Below are positions 50,101 to 63,790 of a stretch of 64,000 nucleotides of DNA, piece by piece; within the stretch, counting starts at the first letter, position 1; each line of letters starts with the position of its first letter. This stretch comes from Octopus vulgaris (lineage: Eukaryota): assembly GCA_951406725.2 (NCBI GenBank), contig OX597814.1:69998001-70062000 (forward strand). The letters run 5' to 3'. The notes beneath the pieces were generated by a model. That model did not search any database. It was not told where the DNA came from and worked only from the letters and a program-made list of their open reading frames with translations. The translations under genes and the position numbers were made by a program.

Positions 50101-51367
50101 ATTTCAGTATTACGTGTTAAAAGTGAAACAAGAACATTTCTCTATTTTATGTCAGATACTTTCACTTTAACAATAAAAATAATAATAACAATTGAATTAT
50201 ATGTAGTAAGTAATAATTAAAATCAAACTAAAGTATAATATAATCGTAACATAACAAAAGTAAAAATAGCAATTGGTATAAAATTGCATCAATGATTTGA
50301 ACTTGAATAAGTGGTTTCACATGAATGGGAATAAATTAAAAATAAAATTAGCGTGCAGAAATGGAATAGTCCAGATGGATAATAAAAAATTAAATTAAAG
50401 AAAAGACTATTGTCTATAAAGTATACAATGTAGAGAAAAAGGAAGATTTCAAAACATGGAGGAAAGCACCTTCGAAAAGTGTCTTGGTGCGACTTCGAGT
50501 CAACAGAGCGTGCAAGGGAGTACTCTACTCGAACTTGCAAAGTGGAAATATTTTATTTTTGCCTTTATATTTGGGACGTAGGACGTCCCGGAAAAAAATT
50601 GTAAATACTGAGAATAGTCAGAAAGTAAGTTGTCAGTAAAAATTATATTTAGCTCTAACATTGCTGCATGGGACTTCATTTTTCAGCCATTCTTGAAGTC
50701 CATGACACCATAAGAATCATACTAACTGAGAAAACTCTAATCCCTTCAGCCATTCATTTCTATTCTATAGCAGAATCCTTACAGGACTAGGCTTTTGTCT
50801 TTAAAAATTTTCAGTAGTATGTTTAGAGTTAATAAAATAGACATTAAATAAAATTCTGTTAATATTAACACAGTTATTGTCATATATTCTAACTTTATTT
50901 ACAATAGTCATATTGTGATCCTAAGTAAGGACTGCAGCACTGTGTAATTCAGGTTTTTAATTTTATTTAATTTTTTTGGCTAACAACATTATTTCACACT
51001 TTCTTCATCATTGGTAATTTTGAATGATGTCCAACAATAAAAAGAGTTGCACAAGCAATATACAAATGTGAAAATTGGTAAATAATTCCTTATCACACAT
51101 AGTTACAATGTAAATCAAGAAGAAAAAAAATAATTAAAAATAATATGAAATATGCAGAAACCATGGTATGAATCAGATTGAAAATAGAAATGAAAGAGTT
51201 ATTTGAATTTAATGTATTCATAGTGACCAACATAAAACTGTTTATTCTTGAAGACAATAAGTGATAAAAATGAATGTTTTAGAAACATTAGAACTTTAAA
51301 AGTGACTTTCAATTCAGCTGTTTATACAATTTAGGTTCTTACCAGTTCTGCTTTTATTGTTTCACAG

Positions 51368-51466
51368 ATTGAGTGCCTTTTACAGAGGAACCATAATCCA
51401 CGTAAATTTTCTTCTGAGCAAGGCTATCGTTTACAACAAGGCTTTCTTATAAGTTCTACTCAACAG
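51368..51466 (+). CDS. CARMIL: CARMIL exon (IECLLQRNHNPRKFSSEQGYRLQQGFLISSTQQ)
   Basis: CACAG acceptor, GTGAG donor; CARMIL EQAYRLQQG signature. Confidence 0.95.
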
Positions 51467-52169
51467 GTGAGGTGTGCAACATACTTTATTTTGTATCTTA
51501 TCTACTGATACCTAAAATGCTTTTTATATATGTGTGTGTGTGTTTGTCTGTTAGTTTGGGTGTTGTGGTTGCTAATAAATAGGTCTGTTTTTTAAAAGGA
51601 TATATAATGTTCAACTATATATTCTTATCTATTTTAAGTTCATATTGCACTGGAGATAAATTTGCAATTCATTATAACTTCTTGGGTTATAAAAACACCA
51701 TTTCTATATTAGAATCATTGCAGAGAAATGAGTAGAGAGAATAATTTGTTATTATTTCACAGAAATGAAGGAGATAAGCAGTTTTGTTGTTGCTTAGCCT
51801 AAGATCAGTCCTGTTTTTGAGTAACAGAAGTCAACACTGCTTAGATAGTCTTATAAATTACAGTTACCATAAAGGATTACCCACTGTCACACATGTTATA
51901 GGCAAATCTGTCCCAGATTTAATTTAAAACTTAATCTACAACAATTGATAGGGTACCCATGAGAGGCTTATTTCCACTGTCATATATAGCTAAGGTGTGC
52001 ACCTATACCCTATCACCAGAGGCAGTCCAGTGATTAACAATGTATATTTAGTAGTATATACTTGTTTCAGTGACATGTATAAATGCCCTCTACCTCCAGG
52101 CAAGTGCCCTCGTAATTCTTTCTAGATGCTGAAAACACTCCCTTAAGTACCTTCTTACTTTTCCCCAGT

Positions 52170-55100
52170 TCTCAAACATTAAATCTTCTATGATCAGTGT
52201 TGGTACAATGAAAGGTTGGTCAAGTAAGATTGGTGAAATACTGGAGCAGAGACTAGTAGATGTATGCTGTGTGCAAGAGGTACATTGGAACAGAGCCTCA
52301 GTTAGACTACTCATTGGCAAGTAATGGGTAGTAGTGATGGGCTGGGTAGTTTAGGTACACTTTTGACAGAAATGGATTGATAGAGTGATTAAGGTAATCA
52401 GAATGTGTGATAGAATTGTTAAACAAAGGCTAGTCTTGTATAATGTAACAGTGACATCTCTGCATATGCCCCTCATGCTGGACTGGCAGAAAATAAGAAA
52501 GACCGATTGTATGGGGTTGTTTTGTTGACTATCTTGATGACAAATAACTGTAATATTATTATTGTGGCTGATGACCAAAACTCCAACAGATTTTATGGTA
52601 TGCATGGTGGTTAAAGCTTTGGTTCTAGATACAAAGAGGGAACAAGGCTGCTGGGATTATGTGATGCAAATGGCTTGTTAATCTGCAACACTAGCTTCAG
52701 GAAATATGCCAGGTTCCTAATCATCTACCAGTAGCACAGATTGACTGCATTCTCACCAGAAAAAGGGATAGGAAGATGTTTGTGAATAGAAAGTCCTTCC
52801 CTGGGGGGAAATGTACAGCTCAGTATAGGTTAGTGACCTCAGACAAAGCTAGAAGGACTCAGAGGCACAAACTAATCTGCAAAAGGAAGATATAGAAGTT
52901 TAAGGATCCTTCAGACAGTCAGAGACATTCTTATTGAAGCATTCAATGGGAAGGAGGAGATAGAGTCGTATTGACATAGAGAGCAACAGGAGCAACCTAC
53001 TGAGGATGACAGACCAATTCTGTGGTTGGGGCAAATCTCAACTAGACAAGGGTGAAATAGTGATGGAACAGTGAGATAGACAGCCATAAAAGTTAAGTGA
53101 CAGCTTGAAAATAGAGACAGCAAAGAACTATATTAGACTGGAAGCTAAGCCACAGATCTCTTAGCAAGAGCAGAAACAGAAAGAGGTCCACTATTGTTTT
53201 ACAACATGTGGATCAGTGGTATGAGGTATTCAAGCTTGCTAGACAGTGTATACAAGAGAATTAAAATATTGTGAAAGAGAAATGTGAATGGATGGATAAT
53301 GACATGATGATTCTGAAAACAAGAGGCATGTAAGTGTTACAATGAAAGGTTGTTAAATGTGGAAAATGAATGAGGGAAAGAGAGTCTCCCCAATGTTGAT
53401 CCTACAGTGGGACTAGCTATTCACGTTGAGAGCAGTATGATACATTTGACAATTAAAGATATGAAGACAGGAAAAGTCCAATGTCTATGTGGAATTGCTG
53501 CTGAGATACTTAAAAAATATCTGGCAGAGTAGATTACAGCCAATCACCCATTTAGTTAATCAGGTTATATGGGAAGGTGTCATCCCCAATGATTGGTGTA
53601 GCAGCATTATAGTCAGCTGGACAAGGTCATGCAAATTAGAGAGTTATAATCCTATTAATTAAAAACAGTGTATGACTTGATGAGATGCAGTTAGGTTTCG
53701 TGCCCTGGAGAAGTATTACTGGTGTTATCTTCTTAGTCAGACAACTACAGAGAAACTATTTTTCTAAGTGTAAATCATTGTACTTCACATTTGTTAACCT
53801 AGAGAATGCCTTTCACAGTCTCTGATGAAGATGAATGACTTGTGAAAGCTGTACAAGCCATGTACAGGGATGCTGTTAGTAAGGTGAGAGTTAGCAATGA
53901 GTTCAGTAATGAATTTAGAGTGTACAGGTAGGCTTTCAACAGGGCTTGGTTCTCAGCCCTCCCCACTTTATCATTGTCCTGTAGACCATAACAGAGGAAT
54001 TTAAGACTGACTTAGCCTGGAAATTACTATATGCTGATGATCTCATTCTCATAACAGAATCTGTAAGAGACTTAGGAAAGTAATTCCAGGTGTGGAAGCA
54101 AAAGCTGGAACTGCAGAACCTTTGCTAACTTAGAAAGGAAACAGATATGATACTACTCCTTTCAGGTATATATCCCTGCTCATTATATAAGAAAAGTGTA
54201 AGCAGGAATTCCATTTGGTGTGGTGCAAGTTGTGCTCACATAAGTGGTGCAGTAGAATCAAAGGAAAGTTAAAAGACAAAGTAGTGTTTGTATGTGAAAA
54301 TGCACAGGAGCCATAAAGACTAAACATACATGGGAAATTGATATTCTCTTGTACCTTGGAGGGTCTATAGAGGTAGTGGATAATTTCTGTTACCTAGGCA
54401 ACCTAATTAGTAATGGAGGAGAATGTTCTGAATGTGTAATTGCTAGAATAAGAGTAGGATGGAGAAAATTGAGATGTGTTGGCAACAAAGTCTCACTCTC
54501 TGAATGGAAAACAAACTGTAGGATGCCTGTGTACTTAGAGCAATGCTACTTGGTAGTGAGGCATGAGCTCTGGCTGCAGAGGGCAGTCAAAGACTTGAGT
54601 GGAATGAAGTACATATAGATGGATAATGATATACTTCTAGTCAGTGTCCCTGAAAAGAAAGAAGTTTGGAATACTATTAAATGTGAAGAACAAATGGGAG
54701 AAAGGAAGTCCTCTTTTTGTGAACCCAGCTGAGGGACCAGCTATTCTAGTTACAGTAGCAGGATAGATAAGGCAATTTAAGATATGAAGGCAAGAAAAGC
54801 CCCTGTACTTGTCATTTGTTGAACTGGAGAAAGCCTTCAACAGAGAACCTCACTCCATGACATAGTGGTCTCTGAGGAAGCTAGGGATTGATAAATGGCT
54901 TGTGAAAGCGGTACAAGGGTGCTGTTAGTATAACTGTAAGTGTTATCCATGAGTAGAGTGACAAATTAATTGTACAGCTAAATGTTCACCAAGGCTCAGT
55001 CCTCAGCACCCTCCTAGTCATCATCATCCTCCTGGCTGTAACAGAGGAATTTATGACCAGCTGCCCATGAGAACTACTGTATACTGATTATCTTGCTCTC

Positions 55101-56525
55101 ATAGCAGAATCTGTAACAGAACTAGAAAAGAAGTTCTAGGGATGGAAGCAAAGCCTAGAATTGAAGGACCTTAAATTTAACTTAGCAAAGACCAAGGTCC
55201 TAGTAAGCAAACAAATGGGCAGGACTCTACTCTCATCAGGTAAATGACCTTGCTTAGTATGTAGGAAAGATGTAGGCAGGAATTCCATATGGTTTACTCA
55301 GTGCAAGCTATAGACCCACAAGAGGTGCAGTGAAATAATAGGAAGGCTAACAGAGAAAGTACTGTTTATATGTGAAAGATGCACAGAAGTCTACAGATAC
55401 ATGGAAACTGCTAGTATTAGAATAGGATGGAGAAAATTCAGAGAGCTTTTACCTCTGTTGGCAACCAAAGATATCTACAAATGAAAGGAATATTGTATAA
55501 TGCATGTGTATGAACAGTAGTGCTACACAGTTGTGAGAGGGCTCTGAATGCAGAGAGAAATTAAGCTTGTATACTACATTAGTTGTGCAGTGTAAGTGTC
55601 TATGTGCAACAGTGTTAGTGTATAGAGAGAAATCTTAGGCATAAGGAGAATTAGATACAGTGTGCAAGAGAGAAGACAGTGCTGGTTTGGTTATGTGATG
55701 CATATGGATGAAGACAATTGCATAAAGCAGTACCAATTATTTTAAGTCGATGGAACTTATGGAAGAGCAAGACCCAAGAAGACATGGGACAGAGTATTGA
55801 AGGCTGATCTTAAGATGCTGAGCCTTACAAAAGAGATAACAATGGACCAAGATAAGTGGCACATTGCGTTACTCGAGAAGACCCATCTGCCACAGCAGAA
55901 TAGATATCCTAAAACCATCTTGGTAATGATTGTCTTTGAGGGGCTCTTTCTCATTACCATTCTCTCTGCTCCATCAACCATTTTCCCCCACATTTCATCC
56001 CCTAATACCTGTCACTTCTCTATGACTTGAGAGCAGAATAGGTACATACTACATCCCCCGGCTTTTTCAGTTACCTTTCTTCCCTCTATCCAAATCACTT
56101 CCATTTCCCATTATATTCCCTTGCTTATTGTCTCCACCAATCACCTATCTTTGCCATCATTTGTCTTACTATCACTCTTTTTCTTACCTTCTAACTCACC
56201 TCTCTTTTCCAACTGGTCTCTATATAACAAGAAACCTATATCTGTCAGTCTATATCTTTAATCTCTCAAGTGGTACAAAGCCACCCCCACACTCAATACT
56301 ACTACCCCTCCCAAACGAGGAATTGTTTTGTCTTGCAAGGTAACTGGTAACGCTGTCAGTGATTGTGTTATGTAAAAAGTGCTGGTGCCACATAAAAAGC
56401 ATTATGTATACTCTGTAAAGTGGTGACATTAGGAAGGGCATCCAGCAATAGAAACCATGCCAAACCACTCATTGAAGCCTGGTGTGGTTTATGGTCTTGC
56501 CAGTTCCTGTCAAACCAACCAACAG
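52170..56525 (+). mobile_element. Two juxtaposed decayed RTE LINE copies (about 52170-54620 and 54640-55900) plus a 3' end
   Basis: APE remnant VDVCCVQE, YADD, FCYLG; the RT region occurs twice. Confidence 0.82.
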
Positions 56526-57686
56526 GTAAGTGATGTGTTAAGAATGGATTCTAGCAGAGGAGAACATTGGCTAAAGGCACAAAAAGGTGATTGATGTAAA
56601 TAGTGTGGGCTGGGATGACAAATGATCATCATCATCATGATCCATCTATCACAACAAAAATGATATCTTAAAGCCACTTTGATTGTGCTTACATATGTGG
56701 GTTCCTGTCCTTTCTTTCCTTTGCTCTGTCCCATCAAGCATTTCCCACCACACACACATGCATCTCATTCTTTAACACCCATCACTTCACTATTTGTGGT
56801 ACTACTCAGCTGCTATAATCACCAGAGAGCAGAATAAGCACATATTATGTTCCCTCCCTTCCAATTATTTTTCCCCCACCCTACTTCCATTTCTCATTGT
56901 CATCCCAGCCCATTCTATTTCCACCAATCACCTTTTTGTGCCTTTAGCCTGTGTTCTCCTCTCCTATACTCCATTCTTAACGCATCTCTTACCTGCTGTC
57001 ACTCTCAATACCCTCTCATATCTACCATCATGCTCCTCTTACCCTCCTATCCCTCCTGAGCCACTCTTTTATCTCTCCACATCATTTGCTTCATGCATTG
57101 CTACCCCCATCTTTCTCCTCTATTTCTCCACTTACAATCCACTGTCTTGAGATGCTTCAGCATTCCACCTACAATTCTATCTTTCCAGCTACTCCCACCC
57201 ACTCTTGTATAATATGGAGTAGTCTTGTATTTCTGTTATAAGACATCTGGGCTTGTTCTTGTCATACTGTAGCCTCTCAACAGCTTTTTCTTTCCTTTCT
57301 TTCTTTTCTTGCCTTGCAATTTATTTAGCAATCTTGCTAGTGCTGGTGTCACAAAAAAAAAAGCACCCAAACATCGGGAAGGGCATCCAACTATAGAGAT
57401 CATATGAAAGCTGACATTGGAGTTCAACATGGCCTTACTGCTCACTGGATCCTACCTTTTCCAGCACAAAAAAAAAAATAGATGTTAAATGGATGAAGTC
57501 TTGAACACATATAATCAGGGAAGAAGCAAAATACAAGCATGTAATGAAATCCTTGGGAGCATAAGACATTGTTAAAAGCTTACCAAATTTACCAGTTTCC
57601 AACTATATCATTTTGTTGTTTGAGGTTGAAAATGTATGTTGCTTGTTGTGTATTTCTATTTTCCTTTATGATTATTTGTTTTGTAG

Positions 57687-57818
57687 ATGGTTGACCGCCT
57701 AGTGGTTCAAGTTCAAGATACAGTTAATGCTATATCAAGGACATCTACCTCTGGCAGTAGTGATCCAAACATTGAACAAGCTGGAAAATTTGTTAATGAT
57801 GCCAACAACTCTCAACAG
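57687..57818 (+). CDS. CARMIL: CARMIL exon (MVDRLVVQVQDTVNAISRTSTSGSSDPNIEQAGKFVNDANNSQQ)
   Basis: TGTAG acceptor, GTATT donor; phase 0/0; start of the helical dimerisation region. Confidence 0.9.
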
Positions 57819-58184
57819 GTATTTTGGGGCTCTTTTAATTAAAATTTTGCTATTCATCTATTTTTATGATCTTTGTATGTACTACGTCTTGTCACTTACA
57901 TACACACTCAAAGTTCAAGTGTGACCCACATTTAAGTACTGCTCATATATCAAAGACTTATTACATAAACAAACCTCAAACCACATTCAAAAAGTATTTG
58001 GTAATTGTCAAAGGTTCCCACATCAATATACTTTATCCTTTATATTTCTTGTGGAGACCAGTAAAATACATAACTGTCAAATATTGGAATCAATTAAATT
58101 GCCTGTCTATCTCCCTGAAAGTTCAAGATAATGTGTCTAAATTAGACATTAATATTATATTCTTGTTAGTAACAATGATAAATG

Positions 58185-58510
58185 CAATGGCTTACAGAAT
58201 TTGTAGAATGCAGGATAAAATAGTTTATAACATTTTGTTCATTTTCAGTTCAAATTCTGCCCAAGTCTACTGTGCATTTCATATTTCTAGGGTAATTAAA
58301 ATAAGTATTTGTCAAGTACTGGAGTCAATTTTCTTCCAAATTTAAGGTCTTTGAATTAAATTAGTAATAATGATCAGTGCAGTGTATGACAGAACTGGTA
58401 AAGTACTGAGTAAAAATAGTTAGTGATATTTTGTAGCATCCCTCTACATTCTGAGCTCAATTCCTGTCCAAGTTGACATTCTTTCATCATTCAGAGATAA
58501 TAAAATAACA
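58185..58510 (+). mobile_element. Two decayed family B SINEs
   Basis: AGTTCAAATTCTG and ATAAGTA core remnants. Confidence 0.55.
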
Positions 58511-60179
58511 ATAACAGTTGATAAATACAATAATCAGTTATAACCTGAAGCCAATGAAAGAATAGAGTAATGCTACAACCATCTTTTCCACCTCTACCAC
58601 CATAGCCTCTGATTCTCCAAACTAAAAGTTGCATACTCATTCCCAAAAGCCCACATAATATACTACACTATCTTATCCTTCCTATTGCATTTCACCTCTA
58701 AATTCCACACTGTAGTCAATAATTTTTCTCCAGTGCTACCACCTTTGAATTCTTTCATCTCACATATTCAAATGTCAAATAAATTTAAATGGAACAACTC
58801 CAGACATTGCCACCTCTACATAGACTAATAAAACTCACATATACAAGTCTTTATGAGTCAAACAGGGATATGAATAAGCATGCCAAGTAAACCCTATAAT
58901 ACATCTATTATGTTAATTAAAATAATGATGGTTTAAACCACATGTGTTAGATATATTGGGTTTGGTTGAATGAATATTTATTGATTGGTATAAAGTTTAG
59001 CTGCAACTCCGAACATTGTTGAAATAGCATTTATTTTCACAGGAGTAAAACACAATATTTACATGTCTACACTTACCAGTTGTGTATTGCAATGTGCTAG
59101 AAATTAATGTAGTTTGTAATTACATAGACACAAGAGATTAGCTTTGCATGGGAGGTGGGAATAATGCTTAGACCATCTTAGTTGAAGAAACCTTTTAACT
59201 TGGCTTCAACCAAGGAAAATTTGTTCATGTAAAGGACTTGTTCTTGTGCTTCTGAAGTGCTTTTCTCTCTGATTTGTTTGTGTACATTGTACTTATGTAA
59301 CCACAAAAGTGCAGAAATTACTGGAACAAAATTGAACATTCTCTAATGTGAGGTGATATTCCAGTGAGTCAAATGGTTAATAAGCAGGAAATGTAACCTG
59401 AACTAAGTGTGGTCTGGACCTAATTACTGAAGCTGTAAGGTTTCAATTCTAGGCCTCACTACAGATGCTTTAAATGTATACTAATATATGCCTTTGTGAC
59501 AGTGTGAATTTTTAGTAATCACTGTGATGTGTAACTTTAAACGAAAACAAATGTCTTTTTTATATCTCATAGATATGATGTTTAGTGCACCAGTAATTAA
59601 TAATTGACTGCAAAGCCAGTAAAAAGCACTGTTTATGCAAATTGAAGTAAGTGACTATAAATAGGTATAAGATATATCTCTCTTCATAGAAAATAAAGAA
59701 AGATCTCAACCAGGATTAAAACAAAGTCATGCTAATCTTTTTTTTTTTTTTTGTCTATAGAAAGATAAATGATACATTTAATTTTGTCCAGTAAATAATA
59801 CATACATCACAGCATTTACAAAGTATACCTTAATTGATATTCAAAATAATATGCTAATATTTTGCAAATTTATTGTACCCATATAATAGAACTGAAACTA
59901 AACCCCTGTGTTAATAATACCAAATCTTGCCTATCAACCTCTAAATGAAATCAAAATGTACAAGAATTTATATTTAAGACATTAATGTATATGATGTGAG
60001 ATAATAACTATAAGGATCATAATAATGGTGCAAAGGGGATGCTCTAAAGATGATAAAATTTAATATAGCCTATGACAGTACTTAGATTATAGCATCAGTC
60101 CAGTTTTTTCTTTTTTACATTCATTGTTTGCAGTCTTTCGAATTTATTGTCTTCTTTCAACAACTTTCTTTCTCTTTAG

Positions 60180-60296
60180 CTTCTGCCACTGTTTCAGAAG
60201 ATTGCTTTTAAATCCCAAGACATTGGCAATCCTGTAGAGAAAAAACTGAAAAGTATTGTTTTGGAACTTGAAGATGTTCTAGCTTCTCATATTCAG
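60180..60296 (+). CDS. CARMIL: CARMIL exon (LLPLFQKIAFKSQDIGNPVEKKLKSIVLELEDVLASHIQ)
   Basis: Polypyrimidine tract plus TTTAG acceptor, GTAAGT donor; phase 0/0; continues the frame. Confidence 0.85.
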
Positions 60297-60319
60297 GTAA
60301 GTATCTGAGTGTATATATA

Positions 60320-60795
60320 TATTCTTTTATTCCTTTATTTGTATCAGTCATTTGACTGCGGCCATGCTGAAGCACCACCTTTCAACCTCAGGACTTATTC
60401 TTTGTAAGCCTAGTACTTACTCTATTGTTTCTTTTGCCGAACTGCTAAGTTACAGGGATGTAAACACACAAACACATACATATATATATATAGTTGAAAT
60501 TTATAGAAAAACAAGAGAACTTTCTGCACCTCTCCTCATCTACATACCAGCATTCCACCTGGATTACCACTGACTCTACTTCCATGGAATTCACTGTATT
60601 TTTTTCATTGATATACATATTTATATATATACGATGGGCTTCTTTCAGTTTCCATCTACCAAATCCACTCACAAGGCTTTGGTTGGCCTGAGGCTATAGA
60701 AGAAGACATTTACCCAAGGTGCCACGCAGTAGGACTGAACCTGGAACCATGTGATTGTGAAGCAAGCTTCTTATCACACAGCCACGCCTATGCCT
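60320..60795 (-). mobile_element. SINE family A with an insert in its internal (TA)n
   Basis: Tail 60320-60480 and head 60633-60795 match 38755-39135. Confidence 0.8.
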
Positions 60796-60957
60796 ATATA
60801 TATATAAATAGATGAGTGTATTTTTACCTTGTTAACAATTAACACGGAAAAATAAATAAATAGTTACCAGGGCAGCAAAAATCTCACAAGTAAAGATGTT
60901 GTAACTCCTTGTTTATAAAGGTTGAAACTTCGTGTTTACATTGAATATTTTGAATAA

Positions 60958-61570
60958 TATGAATAAAAAATGGAGTTAACGCAGGTTTAAACAAGTATTT
61001 TTACTTTCGACACATGTTTTGAAAATTCCACTGATACTATTCAAAAGAATAAATGGTATAAACAATGCAATCTTCTCTTCGGGAAAGTGAAAAAAACGAA
61101 ACTCGTCAATACGACATTTTAGCAAAAAATGATGGATTTGTATAGCGATAGACAGAACGCTATTAATATTGTTTAAAAAAACGTTATATGATATAACGTC
61201 ATAAGTAGCTAACAGAAAGAGTAGGGATATTAATAGTGAATGTTAAATATAAAGGAAATTAAAGTTTAAATTATATATAATGATAGAGACTACTTATATG
61301 CACTAAATGTATGTTTCTGCCAATGCTTACATCTGTATGCTCATTCTATAACCGTGTTTACTAGAGTATTTTTAGAAAAATAATGAAAAATAGCTCAGAA
61401 TTGCAGAGAAGACAGAATTTCTTGCCTTTGTCATATGGTATCGAAATTGAGAGGATCAACCATTCTAAATGAATTTATTCTTTTGAATAGTATCAGTGGA
61501 ATTTTCGAAACATGTGTCGAAAGTAAAAATACTTGTTTAAACCTGCGTTAACTCCATTTTTTATTCATAT
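60958..61570. repeat. Fold-back element (arms 60958-61054 / 61473-61570) with hammerhead-like motif at 61004-61087 (-)
   Basis: Near-exact 97 bp inverted repeat; ctttc-CCGAAGA-gaaga...ttttc-(G/A)AAA-catgt-GTC-gaaag. Confidence 0.85.
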
Positions 61571-61583
61571 ATGTATATATATA

Positions 61584-63035
61584 CTAGCAGTATCGCCCGG
61601 CGTTGCTCAGGTTTGTAAGGGAAATAACTATATAAGCATTTTTAGAGAGTTATAGCCAAAAAATAGGGAAAAAATGCATTAAAAATGGAAAAAAAATTAA
61701 GGTAAATTTCTTTTTAAATCGTTGACACATCGCAGATATTTTTAGAGAGTTACTTCCCTTAAATAATAGCAAAAAAAATGCATTAAAATGGAAAAATATG
61801 ATGGTAAATTTTTTTAAATCGTAGACTCATCGTAGACGCGCGCTAATACCCAGAAGGGCTCGATATGAATCACGACTATAAGATACCCGGTTTTGGCTAC
61901 ACTGCACCGCAAAATGTGGGAGTCGTTACGAATCTAAATCGTAGGAGACAGACACACAACTTCACTCTTATATATAAAGATATAAGTCACGTAGTTATAT
62001 ACACATACTTTGTTATATACACATTCTTAAAAGAAAATGTTATTTTGAATACAACATTTATAAAGAATAAAATATTTTTTGGTTTTTCTTAACCCTTTCG
62101 TTATTATATTTCTGACCAAATTACACCCCTTATGTGTTTCAATTAATTTCTAACGTAATCATAAATTTAGTCTGGTTTCATTAAACAACTATAACTTTTT
62201 TATTTATCAATATATTAATCTGATTTTTGGAAGATAATTTAATGAAATATTCTCAATAATTTTTGTCACAAAGTGACTCTAATTGCAGGTAGATACAGGT
62301 AAATTCAACAATATATAAAATTATTAAAATTTTGTTCAAACATTGCTATAGAAAATGGGTTATTAGCTAATATTCAATTGGGTATACAACAAAATTTTAC
62401 GATAGAATTTGTTATTCTGGGTAACTTTCTGATACCCATAATAATATTTAGGCAAAATAGGCCTTAATTTAATTTAAGGTTGTGGGAAATAACAAACTAT
62501 CCTTTCTTTCGCTTTGTTTACGTTTAGCGTAATGATTTCAAATAGGCTCATTCAAAAAAGTAAAAAGAAATAGTTTAAGGCTTTATACTCTTCTGGGAAA
62601 GTCTGTGGCTTGGTGCAGTTTCTTCAGAAAAATCACCGAAAGAAACAGTTTTTAAATTTTCACTCCATTCAGGTACCAATTCATTTTCTTAATTGCTGTC
62701 GGATTCACTGCTTTCACTTTAATAGCTGCAAACTTGCAAAGACAAAGGAGGAGAAGGGTGATAGCGTCAGTGAAACAGTCGCTCCCTTTGTGTGTGTGTG
62801 CATTTGCGTGTGGTGTATCCCACATTAAGAAAAACATTTGACATATACACCAGAATGTGAGTTTTCTCTAAATTTTGCTTAATTGGGGTTGAAATTTTAA
62901 AAACCGGACCTGGCATGACCCGATGAATTCTACTCTTAAAAATGCTAGGTAAATTGTAATTGAAGAAATCCTATATTGTAGATTTCTATAACTTACAAAG
63001 GGAGGCAGATAAAATCTGCCTTTTATAATAAGAGA
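61584..63035 (-). mobile_element. Composite non-autonomous Helitron
   Basis: Shares about 190 bp of 5' end and about 35 bp of 3' end with 45746-47427; second TC start at 61980. Confidence 0.85.
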
Positions 63036-63039
63036 TATT

Positions 63040-63790
63040 CATCATTCACCTTTATTTAACATTTGCTTTCCATGCTGGCATGGGTTAGACAGTTTGACTG
63101 GAACTTGTAAACCAGAGGGCTGCACCAGGTCCCTGTCTGATTTGGCATGGTTTCCTAACGTCAATCATTCCAAGTGCATAATGGGTGCTTTTTAGATGCC
63201 ACTGGCACAGGTACCATTTACGTGACACAGGCAACAGCCACAACTATGATTTACATGGCACTGGCAACTGCCGCAACTACAATTTCACTTGGCTTGACGA
63301 GTCTTCTCCAGCACAACATAATGTGAAAGATCTTGGTTACTTATCATTGCTGCCATGAGGCTTGAAATTTAAAGATCACGCTACCGGCAATGGTCATGAT
63401 TACGATTTCATGGATGCCATTCATATGACACTGGCAATGGCCACAACTATGATTTCACTTGGCTTGACAAGTCTTCTCAAGCACAGCATATCAACAAAGG
63501 TCTTGGTCACTAGTCATCATTTCCATTAGGCCCAACATTCGAAGAGCATGCTTTACCACCTCATTCCATGTCTTCTAGGGTCTACCTCTTCTACAGTTTC
63601 ATTCTACAGTTGAAGCCCGGCACTTCTTTACACAGCTGTCCTCGTCCATACATTTCACATGACCATGCCAGTGCATTCATCTCTCTTGCATATATCTGAT
63701 GCTGCTTATGCCCAGTTTTTCTCTGGAGATATTTATTCTCTGTCATATGTGCACACTAACATTGCACATTCAGCGAAGCATACTGGTTTC
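63040..63790 (-). mobile_element. RTE 3' fragment
   Basis: CCATGCTGGCATGG tail and GRPRKTW-coding region on the minus strand. Confidence 0.8.

Noticed and set aside
57866-58345. 159 aa ORF
   Set aside because: AT-rich intronic sequence overlapping a decayed SINE; no domain similarity or splice support
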